DNA of 63,968 bases, filler included, from Octopus bimaculoides (Eukaryota), in NCBI RefSeq assembly GCF_001194135.2. It is 6 parts of 6 records of this genome, joined end to end, with 100 filler letters (N's around TTAATTAATTAA, not from the genome) between each part and the next. Parts side by side here need not be neighbours in the genome. Positions count along the whole stretch, not along the records: positions 62,751 to 63,968 come from NC_068985.1; 5 more parts are not named here. One strand, 5' to 3'. The position numbers and the translations under genes were made by a program. The notes beneath the pieces were generated by a model. It made no database searches. It was given only the letters and a program-made list of their open reading frames with translations, and was not told where the DNA came from. Positions within the stretch are counted from its first letter, which is position 1; every line of letters begins with the position of its first letter. Shown here in pieces: positions 62,877-63,968 of this stretch.

Positions 62877-63869
62877 TGTAGTGAAACCACCTCTCTCGGT
62901 TATATATTTACAAATGCGTACGTAGCGGGTAACATCTAGCCTTCGGCCCGCCTTGGACCCTGCTGTGTCCATCACCCTGATTGGCTCTTATTTGCGCGGC
63001 ATTTGTCACCGGTTCTGTTTCGCGCCAAGGTGCATAACGACCAATCGTGGCCTTCTAATAAGGTCACATGGGAGAGTGTTTTTCTGATGCTTCTGGAGAC
63101 CCTTTTTACCTATAAATAGCCTGCTTTATCCACGCCAGTTTGTCGCGATTTCAGACCTCTCTGAGCTCTGGTCGTTGACCACCCAGCACCAGCCAGTTTC
63201 CAGCGACGACGTCAACACCACCGTTCAACTGTTTACTACAGCCTCGTCGCCAACGCCAACACGACGCCACTACGTACACACTACCAACAGCAACCGCAGC
63301 TTCTCTTGACACTGTTTGTGTGAATTGTTTCCACCACGAAGCAACAGCCAGATCAACCTGCGAGAATCTCCTGTATTCAAGTAACCAGCTCGGCATAGAA
63401 GCCTTATCTACACGTCATGTGACTTAGCTCTGCTTTGGAGCCACGACCTCTTATATACAGACTTTCTATTTACTGTGTACCTGAACTATGAACTGGTATT
63501 TTCTTATATTTGTGTTCAGGACGCTTATCGCCCATGTTACAGACTCTTTTCCATGCTTTGTATTTCTCATTCACTCACACATACATATTTATGTATACAC
63601 ATTCTTGTTCACACGACCTGTCATATATATTGTGTTATTATTGTTATGCCGCATTCACGCACACACAAACACACAGTTTACTACGCTAATAAAACTTATT
63701 CTATATATATCTTTAAGGGTTATAGCTCTCTCTTTCCTTGCTGGCATTTCCTCGCATTTCATATGTGAGTTCTCTTATGTCATATTGTTTTGTGTCGACC
63801 GTGCGAAGCGTTAAAAGGAGCCTGTTCCATTCGTCACCATCTCCTTGGTTCGCACGGTCGTTTTCTACG
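62877..63869 (+). mobile_element. Solo-LTR-like element (about 990 bp) inserted in a (TA)n microsatellite
   Basis: Starts TGTAG and ends CTACG (expected CTACA); (TA)n on both flanks; ATTGG/CCAAT boxes at about 62980 and 63041, TATAAATA at 63111, AATAAA at about 63688; more GC-rich than the flanks; no recognisable coding frame. Confidence 0.6.
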
Positions 63870-63930
63870 TATATATATATGTGTGTGTGTGTATATATAT
63901 ATATATGTGTATATATATGTGTGTATATAC

Positions 63931-63968
<38 letters not shown>

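Overview
Eukaryotic, very AT-rich, microsatellite-dense and gap-rich draft-genome window. The SINE, RTE, Tx1 and mariner content and a protocadherin tail point to an octopus or other coleoid cephalopod (inference, no database check). Host-gene content I can support: (1) an internal + strand exon at 3299-3439 of a TARP/stargazin (CACNG, claudin-2 superfamily) gene, which the ORF track misses; (2) an intact single-coding-exon, signal-peptide, probably GPI-anchored LRR protein of 537 aa (41576-43189, -); (3) the last three phase-compatible exons of a protocadherin (62650-60130, -), whose ectodomain is lost in a scaffold gap; (4) weaker candidate + strand exons around the LRR gene. The most structured region is 28571-36951, a four-level transposon nest that can be rebuilt base by base: a mariner split by a solo LTR and by a tRNA-Trp-primed Gypsy element, whose 3' LTR is split by a near-full-length Tx1/L1-type LINE, which itself carries an LTR-like insert. 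Also present are a Penelope-like remnant with an inverted partial copy, three RTE fragments, about 15 SINE copies, another solo-LTR-like element, hairpins or foldbacks downstream of the LRR gene, and decayed hammerhead-like motifs. Most ORFs in the track are microsatellite or N-gap artefacts. TTAATTAATTAA inside the 100-nt gaps is an assembly linker. I found no CRISPR array, rRNA or bona fide tRNA gene, and I cannot claim a wholly new biological system; the best leads are ranked in the findings.
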